A stretch of 64,000 nucleotides of DNA from Nemertoderma westbladi (lineage: Eukaryota > Animalia > Xenacoelomorpha), in contig JAUCBJ010008109.1 of NCBI GenBank assembly GCA_032718475.1, positions 86,407 through 150,406 on the forward strand. Reading direction: 5' to 3'. How positions within the stretch are numbered: position 1 is the first letter of the stretch; every line of letters begins with the position of its first letter. Under the pieces are notes generated by a model, which did not search any database, had not been told where the DNA came from, and worked only from the letters and a program-made list of their open reading frames with translations. The position numbers and the translations under genes were made by a program. Shown in pieces: positions 26,835 through 40,726 of this stretch.

Positions 26835-29800
26835 TTGGTGGGAAGAAATATCTTTTAAAAACATTCAGTAAGGGCGGCGTCGAGTGAGGTGAATTCGCCG
26901 CCCCTCTAAAGGACGCAGTCTACATACTGGACGCGTAGTTACTGCGAAAACGGTGTTCCCCCCCCATTCGACCTATTTCCAGCCGTACGATTTTCTCGAT
27001 TTTTCGAGGGGAGACGCGTAATGCCAAAAAAATAAGATTCTTCAGAGCTTTTAGCGAATCTATCGGTTTGACGGACATTACGGACAATTGTCCGTCGGCT
27101 CCGCTCGAATTCACCATTAGGGTCTATGTAAAAAAAATTAAATCTCGCCTGTACGGACTAGGCGTCGCCCGGAATCTAAAGAGGGTTTAAAAATTAGATT
27201 TCACATATTTTTGTTTGAAAAATTAAGTCGATCGTTTTCCAGCTAATGTCCGTCAAACTCGAGAAAACGGACAAAATGACTTTGCGGGATCCGCTATAAC
27301 TCGGCTAATATTAATCGTACGGAGACGAAAGTAACGAGGGTGGATAGGGAAAGAGTGGTACTACATTCGTATCGAATGGGGGTAAGATATTTATAAATAT
27401 TTCGGGTGGAAAAAGGGGCCTGAACTTTTCCGTTTTTGTCCGTCATTTTTATATGATTAATATTTCCGAAATTTTTAATTCGAAAACGCTAGTAGGAATC
27501 TGCCAATTCTTTTTCGGAAGTCGTAACAGACCACATCGGCTACATTCCTATCGAATGGGGGTACAAAAAATATGTCGGCAAAAGGGTCCAAAAAGGGCCA
27601 GAAACTGATAAAGGATTTATAACTAATAACTTTTTAATTATTGACTCTAGAAGGTTAAGGTACATTTTATACGGTTAATATTGATGCGGGCAATCCAAAT
27701 ATTCGATTGGTTTTGCTGCGCAAATGATATAAAAAAAATGAGGGCCAATATTACAATTTTGCGTTTCAAACTCGCTGCGCGGGCACACGTCTATCTCGAA
27801 AACTACTCAATGTCTGGTAAACGTATTTAAACATTATTATAGAGCGTTAAATTATCTATCTTTCAGCGTTAGTTACAACGCCGTAGCTATTATACAACTG
27901 GTGCGGCACACGATCGTGTGAAATAAAATATTTATAAAAAGGGGCAAAAAAAATTTTTTTTTTAATAAATCGCTACTCCATTATAATTTAGCGTATTGCG
28001 CCAAAATTAGATTTAAAATTTAGCAAATTACCTCCGCTATCTTTTTTCTTATCATTTATAATTAAAATTAAGAATTTTAAGGGCCGAAAAATATCGCGTA
28101 AATTTGGCCCTTTTTTTTCATTTTTTTTGGGGCCAAAAATGACCCCCTCTCAAAAGATAGAAAAAAAAATTACGGCAAAGAATATACCAATTTTATTGAA
28201 TTTGGACCACCAGAACCGAAGTTAGAGCGATTTTAGTGAAAAAATAAAAATATTTTTTTTTTGCAAAAAATTAAGAATGGCCTATATTGGTTTTCGAACC
28301 CGCGAACTTAGGTTTCATTAACGTAATTGATAACCAGTAGACCATGTGACCAAGTGATTTTGAAATTTTCGAATGACTATTTTTAAACATCAATAACTTC
28401 GGTTCTACTGGGCCGTTTGATCTGAAACTTTTTTCATTGGATAGAGGATAGATTGTAATATGTGAAATAGGATACAACTTGGGAAAAGACGCATGTGCAC
28501 TTAGTGCAAAATGCACTTAAATAGTGCACATTTTTTCGATATTTCAAACACTGTTATTTCCAATTCTATTGATCGTAGAATGTTATTACTAGGGTTAAAA
28601 TGTAGTTTGGAGTGATTTCTAACTATAATCTTAACATTTGTTTAACTTTTTATGTCTATAAAGTGACTTAAAATGTCCATGAATATGGTCCAAAATCGCA
28701 AATGTCGCGATTTATAAAATTTGATTTTTGACACTTTTAGCGACTGACACTTGATCATGCACCATCGTAGATCGGTAGAGAATAGACATAAGTGTGTTAA
28801 ATAGGAACCACCTTTAGGATCTGCTCAAGTGCACTTGTGCAAATATGGGTGCAAATGTGCAATTTTTTTTAATAAGGTCAAATGGTGTATTATTGGGTTC
28901 TTTTCGTTGTAGATAATTTATTTTCATATTAATATGTTGTATGGACCTTACTGAGCGCATTAAGAGTATGTGTACAAATAACCGGTCCTTATAAGGGTTC
29001 GATTGTATAAATTAATAATAAATAAGGTTGTAATATTCTAAAAACCAGTGTGATCTTAAATGAACTTTAAACAATAAATAGAGATCAGATAACAAATGGA
29101 CCAGACAATTTATTAAAAAACTCGAACCTTTTCGGACTTAATATATTGCTTCAATTTTAATCATCAGTGGATATTTGGGGGAAGTTAGATAAACTGCATT
29201 TATGCAGTGAATCTAACTTCCCCCTTCATGATATAATATAACAAAGACACACTCTTTGGAGGACCTGTTGTTTACTATGTAGACTTTGTTCAACCTAAAA
29301 AACTTAAGTCAGATTAACAATATTATCCTGTAAAATTTCTAAGCAAGGACTGGTATGAATAATGCTGATCTTCGAACAATGGTTCTGTAATTAAATTTTA
29401 TTACTTCAAAATTTATACGGATTTACCAGTGAAAGAAACCTAGAATCCATTATCACAATGTAACAGTATCAATAACCATATTTATTCTATGTAGATCATA
29501 AGAGAGACATCCTTGATTCATATATTATAATTTCCGAGCTGAAATGTTTCAGTGACTATAACTTACAGACTTCGTATTATGTACAAACGACTGAGTAGTA
29601 TATATGAATATTAATGGGTTACCAGTATATAGAACGAGTGTAGACTGGGAGCGAAAATATATTACATACAATTTCGAGTAATATAAAATTAACGAGTCCA
29701 GTTCGTCTCCCCTCGTGTCATTCGACGCATACCCCCCCCCCCCCCCCCCCCCTCCACGCTTTTCCCTTTACATCGTAGTCTTTCTTAAAGTATAACTTCA

Positions 29801-32800
29801 TTTTGGGTCCACCTTGGTGGGAAGAAATATCTTTTAAAAACATTCAGTAAGGGCGGCGTTGAGTGAGGTGAATTCGCCGCCCCTCTAAAGGACGCAGTCT
29901 ACATACTGGACGCGTAGTTACTGCGAAAACGGTGTTCCCCCCCCATTCGACCTATTTCCAGCCGTACGATTTTCTCGATTTTTCGAGGGGGGACGCGTAA
30001 TGCCAAAAAAATAAGATTCTTCAGAGCTTTTAGCGAATCTATCGTTTTGACGGACATGACGGACAATTGTCTGGTTTTTTTGTCTTTTTTTCACTAGGAC
30101 TCTTAAAAAACCTCTATTTGACGCATCCAGAGACACCGAGAATCGAAAGAGGGGGTCTAAATTAGACGTTTCCACATCTTGGAATACCCCGCCTCCGGGC
30201 TTGTTTTCCGTCTATTGTCCGTCAAAGTTGAAAAAACGGACAAAATGACTTTGCGGGATCCGTAATAACTCGGCTACTATTTATCGTACGGGAACGAAAG
30301 TAACGCGGTTGCAACGAGGAAGAGTGGTACTACCTTCGTATCGAATGGGGGTAAGATATTTAATAAAATTTCGGGTGGAAAAAAGGGGCCGTAAATTTCT
30401 ACGTTTTTGTCCGTCTTTTTTCGAAATTTTATTTCCGAAATGTTTAATTTGACAACGCGGGTAGGATTCCACTAATTCTTTTTTGAAACTCGTAGAAGAC
30501 CATTGGGGCTACGTTCCTATCAAGTGGGGGTACAACAAATATGTCAACAATAGGGGCCAAAGAGGGCAAGAATATGTAAAATAGTTTTTATCGAATAATT
30601 TTTTATTTTTCACTTTAGTTGGTTAAGGTACATTTTATACAGTCAATATCGATACGGGGAATTCAAATATGCTATCGGTTTTGCTCCGCGGACGCTATTA
30701 AAAAAATGAGGGCCAAAAATAAAATTTCGCCCTTCAAACTTGCTTCGCGGGAAATCGTCTAGCTCGAAAACTACTTAACTTACGGGAGATTTGTTTACAC
30801 AGACTTATAGTGCGTTAAATTATCTATCTAACAGCGTTAGTTACAGCGCATTAGCTTTTATACAACTGCTGCGGCAGACGATCGTGTGAAATAAAATATT
30901 TTAAAAAAGGGACGAAAAAATTTTTTTTTTTAATAAATCGCTACTCTATGATAATTTAGCGTATTGCGCCAAAAGTACATTTAAAATTTAGCAAATTACC
31001 TCAGCTATCTTTTTTCTTAACATTTATAATTAAAATTACGAATTTTAAGGGTCGAAAAATATTACGTAATTTTGGCCCTTTTTTTTCATTTTTTTTGGGG
31101 CCAAAAATGACCCCCTCTCAAAAGGTAGAAAAAAAAATTACGGCAAAGAATATACCAATTTTATTGAATTTGGACCACCAGAACCGAAGTTAGAGCGATT
31201 TTAGTGAAAATATAAAAAAAAAATTTTTTACAAAAAATTAAGAATGGTCAATATTGGATTTCGTACCCGCGAACTTAGGTTTCATTAACGTGATTGATAA
31301 CCACTAGACTATGTGACAAAGTGAATTTGAAATTTTCGAGTGACTATTTTAAACATCAATAACTTCGGTTCTACTGGGCCGTTTGATCTGAATCTTTTTT
31401 CATTGGATAGAGGATAGATTGTAGTGTGTGAAATAGGATACAACTTGGGAAAAGACGCATGTGCATTTAGTGCAAAATGCACTTAAATAGTGGACATTTT
31501 TTCGATATTTCAAACACTATTATTTCCAGTTCTATTCATCGTAGAATGTTATTACTTGGGTTAAAATGTAGTTTGGAGTGATTTCTAACTATAATCTTAA
31601 CATTTGTTTATCTTTTTATGTCTATAAAGTGACTTAAAATGTCCATGAATATGGTCCAAAATCGCAAATGTCGCGATTTATTAAATTGGATTTTTGACAC
31701 TTTTAGCGACTGACACTTGATCATGCACCATCGTAGATCGGTAGAGAATAAACATAAGTGTGTTAAATCTGAACCACCTTTAGGATCCGCTAAAGTGCAC
31801 TTGTGCAAATATGTGTGCAAATGTGCAATTTTTTTTAATATGGTCAAATGGTGTATTATTGGGTTCTTTTCGTTGCAGATAATTTATTTTCATATTAATA
31901 TGTTGTATGGACCTTACTGAGCGCATTAGGAGTATGTGTACAAATAACCGGTCCTGATAAGGGTTCAATTGTATAAATTAATAATAAATAAGGTTGTAAT
32001 ATTCTAAAAACCAGTGTGATCTTAAATGAACTTTAAACAATAAATAGAGATCAGATAACAAATGGACCACACAATTTATTAAAAAACTCGCACCTCTTCG
32101 GACTTAATATATGGCTTCAATTTTATTCAACAGTAGATATTTGGGGGAAGTTAGATGAACTGCATTTATGCAGTGAATCTAACTTCCCCCTTCATGATAT
32201 AATATACCAAAGACACACTCTTTGGAGGACCTGTTGTTTACTATGTAGACTTTGTTCAACCTAATCAACTTAAGTCAGATTAACAATATTATACTGTAAA
32301 ATTTCTAAGCAATTATAGTGGTATGAATAATGCTGAACTTCGAACTATGGTTCTTTAATTAAATGTTATTACTTCAAAATCTATATAAGGATTTACCAGT
32401 GAAAGAAACCTAAAATCCATTATCACAATGTAACAGTATCAATAAATATATCTATTATATGTAGATCGTAACAGAGACAGCCTCAATTCACGTATTCACG
32501 TTTCCGAGCTGAAATGTTTTGGTGACTATAACTTACAGATTTCATATTATGTACAAACGACTGAGTAGTATATATTAATATTAATGGGTCACCGGTATAT
32601 AGAACAAGTGAACACTGTGAGCGAACATATATTACATAAAATTTAAAGTAATATAAAATTAACGAGTCCAGTTCGTCTCCCCTCGTGTCAACCGACCCAT
32701 ACCCCCATCCTCCCCCCTCCCTCCACGCTTTTCCCTTTACCTCGTGGTCTTTCGTCAAGTATATCTTTATTGAGGGGCCCACCTTGGTGGGAAGAAACAT

Positions 32801-35800
32801 TTTTTAAAAACATTCAGTAAGGGCGGCGTTGAGTGAGGTGAATTCGCCGCCCCTCTAAAGGACGCAGTCTACATACTGGACGCGTAGTTACTGCGAAAAC
32901 GGTGTTCCCCCCCCATTCGACCTATTTCCAGCCGTACGATTTTCTCGATTCTTCGAGGGGGGACGCGTAATGCCAAAAAAATAAGATTCTTCAGAGCTTT
33001 TAGCGAATCTATCGGTTTGACGGACAGTACGGACGATTGTCCGTTTTCTTCACGCGAATTCACCATTAGGGTCTATGTAAAAAAAATTAAATATCGCCCC
33101 TACCTGCTAGAGGTCGCCCGGAATCGAAAGAGGGTCTAAAAATTAGATTTCACATATTTTTGTTTTAAAAATTAAGTCGATGGTTTACCGGCTAATGTCC
33201 GTCAAATTCGAGAAAACGGACAAAATGACTTTGCGGTTTTCACTATAAGTCGGATAATATTAATCGTACGGAGACAAAAGTAACACGTCTGGATATGAGA
33301 AGAGTGGTACTACGTTCGTATCGAATGGGGGTAAGATATTTTTTAATATTTCGGGTCGTAAAAGGGGCCGTAACTTTTCCGTTTTTGTCCGTCATTTTTA
33401 TATAATTAATATTTCCAAAATTTTTAATTCGGAAACGCTAGTAGGAATCTGCCAATTCTTTTTCGGAAGGCGTAACAGACCACAGGGGCGACATTCCTAT
33501 CGAATGGGGGTACAAAAAATATGTCGGCAAAAGGGTCCAAAAAGGGCCAGAAAGTGATAAAAGGTTTATAACTAATAACTTTTTTATTTTTGACTCTACA
33601 TGGTTAAGGTACATTTTATACGGTTAATATCGATACGAGGAATTCAAATATTCGATTGGTTTTGCTGCGCAAATGATATAAAAAAAATGAGGGCCAATAT
33701 TAAAATTTCGCGTTTCAAACTGGCTGCGCGGGAACACGTCTAGCTCGAAAACTACTCAACGTCTGGGAGACGCATTTAAACATTCTTATAGAGCGTTAAA
33801 TTATCTATCTTTCAGCCTTAGTTACAACGCCGTAGCTATTATACTACTGGTGCGGCAGACGATCGTGTGAAATAAAATATTTATAAAAAGGGACGAAAAA
33901 TTTTTTTTTTTTAATAAATCGTTACTCTATTATAATTTAGCGTATTGCGCCAAAAGTACATTTAAAATGTAGAAAATTACCTCCGCTACCTTTTTTCTTA
34001 ACATTTATAATTAAAATTATGAATTTTAAGGGCCCAAAAATATCGCGTAATTTTGGCCCTTTTTTTCATTTTTTTTTGGGGCCAAAAATGACCCCCTCTC
34101 AAAAGATAGAAAAAAAAATTACGGCAAAGAATATATCAATTTTATTGAATATAGACCACCAGAACCGAAGTTAGAGCGATTTTAGTGAAAAAATAAAAAT
34201 TTTTTTTTTTGCAAAAAATTAAGAATGGCCAATATTGGATTTCGTACCCACGAACTTAGGTTTCATTAACGTGATTGATAACCACTAGACTATGTGACCA
34301 AGTGAATTTGAAATTTTCGAGTGACTATTTTTAAACATCAATAACTTCGGTTCTACTGGGCCGTTTGATCTGAATCTTTTTTCATTGGATAGAGGATAGA
34401 TTGTAGTGTGTGAAATAGGATACAACTTGGGAAAAGACGCATGTGCACTTAGTGCAAAATGCACTTAAATAGTGGACATTTTTTCGATATTTCAAACACT
34501 ATTATTTCCAGTTCTATTGATCGTAGAATGTTATAACTTGGGTTAAAATGTAGTTTGGAATGATTTCTAACTATAATCTTAACATTTGTTTATCTTTTTA
34601 TGTCTATAAAGTGACTTAAACTGTCCATGAATATGGTCCAAAATCGCAAATGTCGCGATTTATTAAATTGGATTTTTGACACTTTTAGCGACTGACACTT
34701 GATCATGCACCATCGTAGATCGGTAGAGAATAGACATAAGTGTGTTAAATAGGAACCACCTTTAGGATCCGCTAAAGTGCACTTGTGCAAATATGGGTGC
34801 AAATGTGCAATTTTTTTTAATAAGGTCAGATGGTGTATTATTGGGTTCTTTTCGTTGCAGATAATTTATTTTCATATTAATATGTTGTATGGACCTTACT
34901 GAGCGCATTAAGAGTATGTGTACAAATAACCGGTCCTTATAAGGGTTCGATTGTATAAATTAATAATAAATAAGGTTGTAATATTCTAAAAACCAGTGTG
35001 ATCTTAAATGAACTTTAAACAATAAATAGAGATCAGATAACAAATGGACCAGACAATTTATTAAAAAACTCGAACCTTTTCGGACTTAATATATTGCTTC
35101 AATTTTAATCATCAGTGGATATTTGGGGGAAGTTAGATAAACTGCATTTATGCAGTGAATCTAACTTCCCCCTTCATGATATAATATACCAAAGACACAC
35201 TCTTTGGAGGACCTGTTGTTTACTATGTAGACTTTGTTCAACCTAAAAAACTTAAGTCAGATTAACAATATTATCCTGTAAAATTTCTAAGCAATGACTG
35301 GTATGAATAATGCTGATCTTCGAACAATGGTTCTGTAATTAAATTTTATTACTTCAAAATTTATACAGATTTACCAGTGAAAGAAACCTAGAATCCATTA
35401 TCACAATGTAACAGTATCAATAACCATATTTATTCTATGTAGATCATAAGAGAGACATCCTTGATTCATATATTATAATTTCCGAGCTGAAATGTTTTAG
35501 TGACTATAACTTACAGACTTCGTATTATGTACAAACGACTGAGTAGTATATATTAATATTAATGGGTTACCGGTATATAGAACGAGTGTAGACTGGGAGC
35601 GAAAATATATTACATACAATTTCGAGTAATATAAAATTAACGAGTCCAGTTCGTCTCCCCTCGTGTCATTCAACGCAACCCCCCACCCCCCCCCCCCCCC
35701 CCTCCACGCTTTTCCCTTTACATCGTAGTCTTTCTTTAAGTATAACTTCATTTTGGGTCCACCTTGGTGGGATAAATATTTCTCCATTTGACGCAACACC

Positions 35801-38220
35801 GCCGCGGCCGCTATGAGGGAGGTGAATACCGCGGCCGCTCCTAAAGCCGCAGGCCATCGCTAACTATATAGGTTAACTTGGGATTCTGGGGGACTTTTCG
35901 ATGAAGGAACTGACCAAATTTTTTTATTTTCTCACCAGGGGAGCGGCTCGGAATTCTAAGATATTAGCAACTCTAACATTATTAAATCTAACCCTTCGAC
36001 GGACACGGCGGACAAAAAACCGTCATTTTTTCGACAATTTTAAAATTTTTTTGAAAGGCGCTCTACAGTGGCTCGAAAAAACCCTAGGTTATTGCTTAGC
36101 CGACGCCGGGATACGATAGAAGGGATTAATTAGTGAATTCGTTTTTTTTTTCAAAAAAGATTACCACGCCTTTTTTCCGAAAATGTCCGTCAAAGTTGAA
36201 AAAAACGGACAAAATGACTTTGCGGGATCCGCTATAACTCGGCTAATATTAATCGTACGGGGACGAAAGTAACGCGGTTGGAAAGGGGAAGAGTGGTACT
36301 ACCTTCGTATCGAATGGGGGTAAGATATTTATTAAAATTTCGGGTGGAAAAAGGGGCTGTAAATATGTACGTTTTTGTCCGTCTTTTTTGGAAAACTTAT
36401 TTCCGAAATGTTTAATTCGACAACGCGGGTAGGAATCCACTAATTCTTTTATGAAACTCGTAGAAGACCATTGGGGCTACGTTCCTATCGAATGGGGGTA
36501 CAAAAAATATGTCGGCAATAGGGGCCAAAAAGGGCCAGAATTTGTAAAGTAGTTTTTATCGAATAATTTTTTATTTTTAACTTTAGTTGGTTAAGGTACA
36601 TTCTATACAGTCAATATCCATACGGGGAATTCAAATATGCTATCGGTTTTGCTCCAAGGATGATATTAAAAAAATGATGGCCAAAATTATAATTTCGCGC
36701 TTCAAACTTGCTTCGCGGGAAATCGTCTAGCTCGAAAACTACTTAACTTACGGGAGATTTGTTTACACAGACTTATAGTGCGTTAAATTATCTATCTAAC
36801 AGCGTTAATCACAGCGCCGGAGGTATTATAAAACTGGAGCGGCAGGCGATCGTGTGAAATATAATATTTATAAAAAGGGACGAAACATTTTTTTTTTTAA
36901 CAAATCGCTATTCCATTATAATTTAGCGTATTGCGCCAAAAGTACCTGTAAAAAGTATCAAATTAACTCCGCTATCTTTTATCTTAACATATATAATTAA
37001 AATTACGAATTTTAAGGGTCGAAAAATATCGCGTTATTTTGGCCCTTTTTTTTAATTTTTTTGGGGCCAAAAATAACCCCTTCTCAAAAGATTAAGAAAA
37101 AAATTACGGCAAAGAATATACCAATTTTATTGAATTTGGACCACCAGAACCGAAGTTAGAGCGATTTTAGTGAAAAAATTAAAATAATTTTTTTTGCAAA
37201 AAAATTAAGAATGGTCAGGTCAATATTGGATTTCGAACCCGCGAACTTAGGTTTCATTAACGTGATTGATAACCACTAGACTATGTGACCAAGTGAATTT
37301 GAAATTTTCGAGTGACTATTTTTATACATAAATAACTTCGGTTCTACTGGGCCGTTTGATCTGAAACTTTTTTCATTGGATAGAGGATAGATTGTAGTGT
37401 GTGAAATAGGATAAAACTTGGGAAAAGACTTATGTGCACTTTGTGCAAAATGCACTTAAATAGTGAACATTTTTTCGATATTTCAAACACTATTATATCC
37501 AGTTCTATTCATCGTAGAATGTTATTTTTTGGATTAAAATGTAGTTTGGAATGATTTCTAACTATAATCGTAACATTTGTTTAACTTTTTATGTCTATAA
37601 AGTGACTTAAAATGTCCATGAATATGGTCCAAAATCGCAAATCCAGATTTATTAAATTGGATTTTTGACACTTTTAGCGAATGACACTTGATCATACACC
37701 ATCGTAGATCGGTAGAGGATAAACATAAGTTTGTTAAATAAGAGCCACCATTACGATCTGCTAAAGTGCATTTGTACAAATAAGTGTGCAAAAGTGCAAA
37801 TTTTTTAATAAGGTCAAATTATATAGTATTGGGTTATTTTCTTTGCAGATACTTTATTTTCATATTAATATGTTGTTTGAACCTTACTGAGCGCATTAGG
37901 GGATATGCGTACAAATAACCGGCCCTTATGAGGCTTCGATTGGGTAAATTAATAAAACATAAGGTTGTATAGTATAATATTCTAAAAACCAGTGTGATAT
38001 TAAATGCACTTTAAATAATAAATAGAAATCAAATAACAATTGGACCACACAATTAAAAACTCGCACAATTTTGTACTTATTATATCGCTTCAAATTAATT
38101 CAACAGTGGATATTTGGGGGAAGGGGGAAGTTACAGTGTGCATTCGGGGGAAGTTTGGTGAACTGCATTTATGCAGTGAATCCAAACTTCCCCCTTTGAT
38201 ATATCATATACTTAAGACAT
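26835..38220. repeat. Macrosatellite of four ~3-kb units (about 26835-29812, 29813-32782, 32783-35762, 35763-38220), probably transposon-derived, non-coding
   Basis: Collinear similarity throughout; each unit starts CTTGGTGGGA; no long ORF; internal recurring motifs such as TATCGAATGGGGGTA. Confidence 0.93.
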
Positions 38221-39011
38221 GCTAGGGTGACGGGGAAATATTTGTTACTGTCACACTTTGCTTCCATTTATCCTATCCTTTATTATTACCCCAGTCAGAT
38301 AAGAGATAATAAATCAGTAAAAACTAAACTAAACTGTCTTTCATGCAAACAAATTTCTAACTAAAGACGGGTGAATGACCATGACCATGGAAATAATTTT
38401 AAATATAATTAATTGTATATCAACTATTTGGGGAGGCTTCCAAGTTAAACCCGAAAACAATTATTTTGTTACATAGTAAATAACGTTGTATGTTCTTCTT
38501 CCTCTCATAATAAAATATAAATGGAATATCTCAGATAGCTATGCCCTGTAACATTTCACAACCAAAATATTTAAGTGTGAAAAGTGTAGGCCTACCACAC
38601 TCCGCCCAAACAACCGCAAACGCATAGCAAACAAATTTAACAAAAGGTTACATACATGTTGGGTTCATGACGAGATGAGTGAAAATTGATCGCGTAATAT
38701 AAAGTAAAAAATTAAGAGACGGGCTGGCTTTCCTCCACTTTCTTACCCAATGGATATGTTGTTGTAATAATTTAATATTGGGGCAGCTTTCTCTCGTTAG
38801 CGCGATATTACTATTACTATACTATACTAAATACTATTACTATTATTACTAATTAATACTTATTATTATAATTAAATACTGTACTTGTTAGCGCATTTGA
38901 TAAAAATATGTTCTTTCAATCTCAATTTAGTATATTTTGACTCTTTACAGACTGTTCCGAAATCACATGCAGATAGGCTTTATATTGCTGGTCTGATACA
39001 ATGGGCGGAAT

Positions 39012-39124
39012 GGCGCTAGTATACCTTCAACGAAGGGCCGCTCACGGAGTTGCGCTAGTATACCTTCAACGAAGGGCCGCTCACGGAGTTGCGCTAGTAT
39101 ACCTTCAACGAAGGGCCACTCACT
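39012..39124. repeat. 39-bp tandem repeat, 3 copies
   Basis: GCGCTAGTATACCTTCAACGAAGGGCCGCTCACGGAGTT; contains a small CCTTC/GAAGG hairpin. Confidence 0.9.
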
Positions 39125-40726
39125 GGATTGATTTAAGTTACCCTTTAATCCTTCTTATGTATTGATTTGCTCTATGATTTATTTAGTTCGATACGGTATT
39201 TGATTATCTATTGTATTTAACTGAGATATGATACCGGGAGGGTATGGCAACGCAGTATAACAAGCAAATGACTGACTAATTAATTATGTAAGGACTCGAG
39301 TCTAGCACTAGTGTTTCCCTTTAGGAGAAACGTATTGTAACTTGTCTTTATGTCTAATTATATTGATAATGCTACCGTAATCAATTTGTGACAACTCTCA
39401 ATCGTGATATATTTAATAATAAGAGCTTTGCTTATAATAATGGTCTGAGATATCGCTATATATTAATTATTTAGTGAATCAGAGGTAAAGACAACACACA
39501 AATTTAATGCAATTGTCCAGATTATCACTGATACTTAATTATAGTGACCCACCTGTTGTGGCGCGTGTAAAACTTTCTTGATTCTGTAATATCGCCGATA
39601 TATTAAGCAAAGAAGACAACAAATTGAATTTAACGACAGAATATCAAATAATAAACGTAAATAAAGCTCAATTAATGCATATAACATAAATGCTTATTGA
39701 CATAGACATACAGGCATGTTATTAGTGCTGGTCATCAGAAATCTGACCAGCGGATAAAGCCAACTGCATTCGAAGTAGGACTCCGTAGCAGCCGGTAATG
39801 CACTGAAGTGAGTGAAACATTCAACCAGTAGGGATTATATACTAGGTTTACTCAAGGCAATAATACGGGCCAATAAGACATCATGAAGCTCAGTAAAACA
39901 TCCTATCACAATTCGAATATGGGTATAATGGCACTAGATGGCATGAAAACCCTTACTAGAGAACAAATCAATAGGGATAGCTAATATTACACCGTAACCG
40001 GTTTTATCAATATAATGTTGTTTTGGACTTAAGATCAGTAAAATAAGTAATCTAAAGGCAGAATTCATGAATGCAGCAATACCGCTTCCATTCATTTAGC
40101 TACCAGGGTGTTAAAATTAAGGTAGGAGTTCAAATCGTACATAGAAGGTCTAGCAAGTAAATAGTTCAATTGACAATATCAAACTCAAATTATATGGGAC
40201 ATACGTAACCAACATATAAAAAATATCTCAACTCGTGAAAAAATAATCAAGTGGGTCAATGAATCACTTCTAAAGAAGCGAACTATAGTGCCAGAGAGTA
40301 TTTAAAGCATATATAAAAGGTTTCAGTTTGTGTACCAATAAGCTAAATGAATTATTGGGGACACCATTCACTTATTTTACATATAATATAAAGTAAAGAT
40401 ATGAGTCATATAAAGTAAAATAGTGGTAATATAAAGTACCAGAAAAGGGGTCGCAGAGACAGTCGCTTGCGACGTTTCGTTGGTGGGGAATCAGTACTTG
40501 GCGATGAAGGCGGGGAACTTCGCACTTGTAACCCCTCAGCGGCGGAAGGATGAATTTCCAAAGAGTCTGGAGGGGGCGTGACTGTCCACACGGTTGGTCC
40601 ACCAGTGGATGTTCCCAGTTGAGGTTCGATAACCGTAGTTGCCACTGGAACGGAATGGCGTAATAACTTCACACCCTTTCGGAGTACTTTGGCCGGTGAA
40701 GATCTAGAGGAAGGGGGTAACATGGA

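Noticed and set aside
26920-38225. Recurrent 60-105 aa ORFs in the 3-kb units
   Set aside because: Short, not consistently preserved between units, and without transposase or Rep/helicase motifs.
38950-40370. Possible 3' LTR of the BEL element (minus strand ending ...GGAACA near 38954)
   Set aside because: No matching second LTR, polypurine tract or primer-binding site could be identified by eye.
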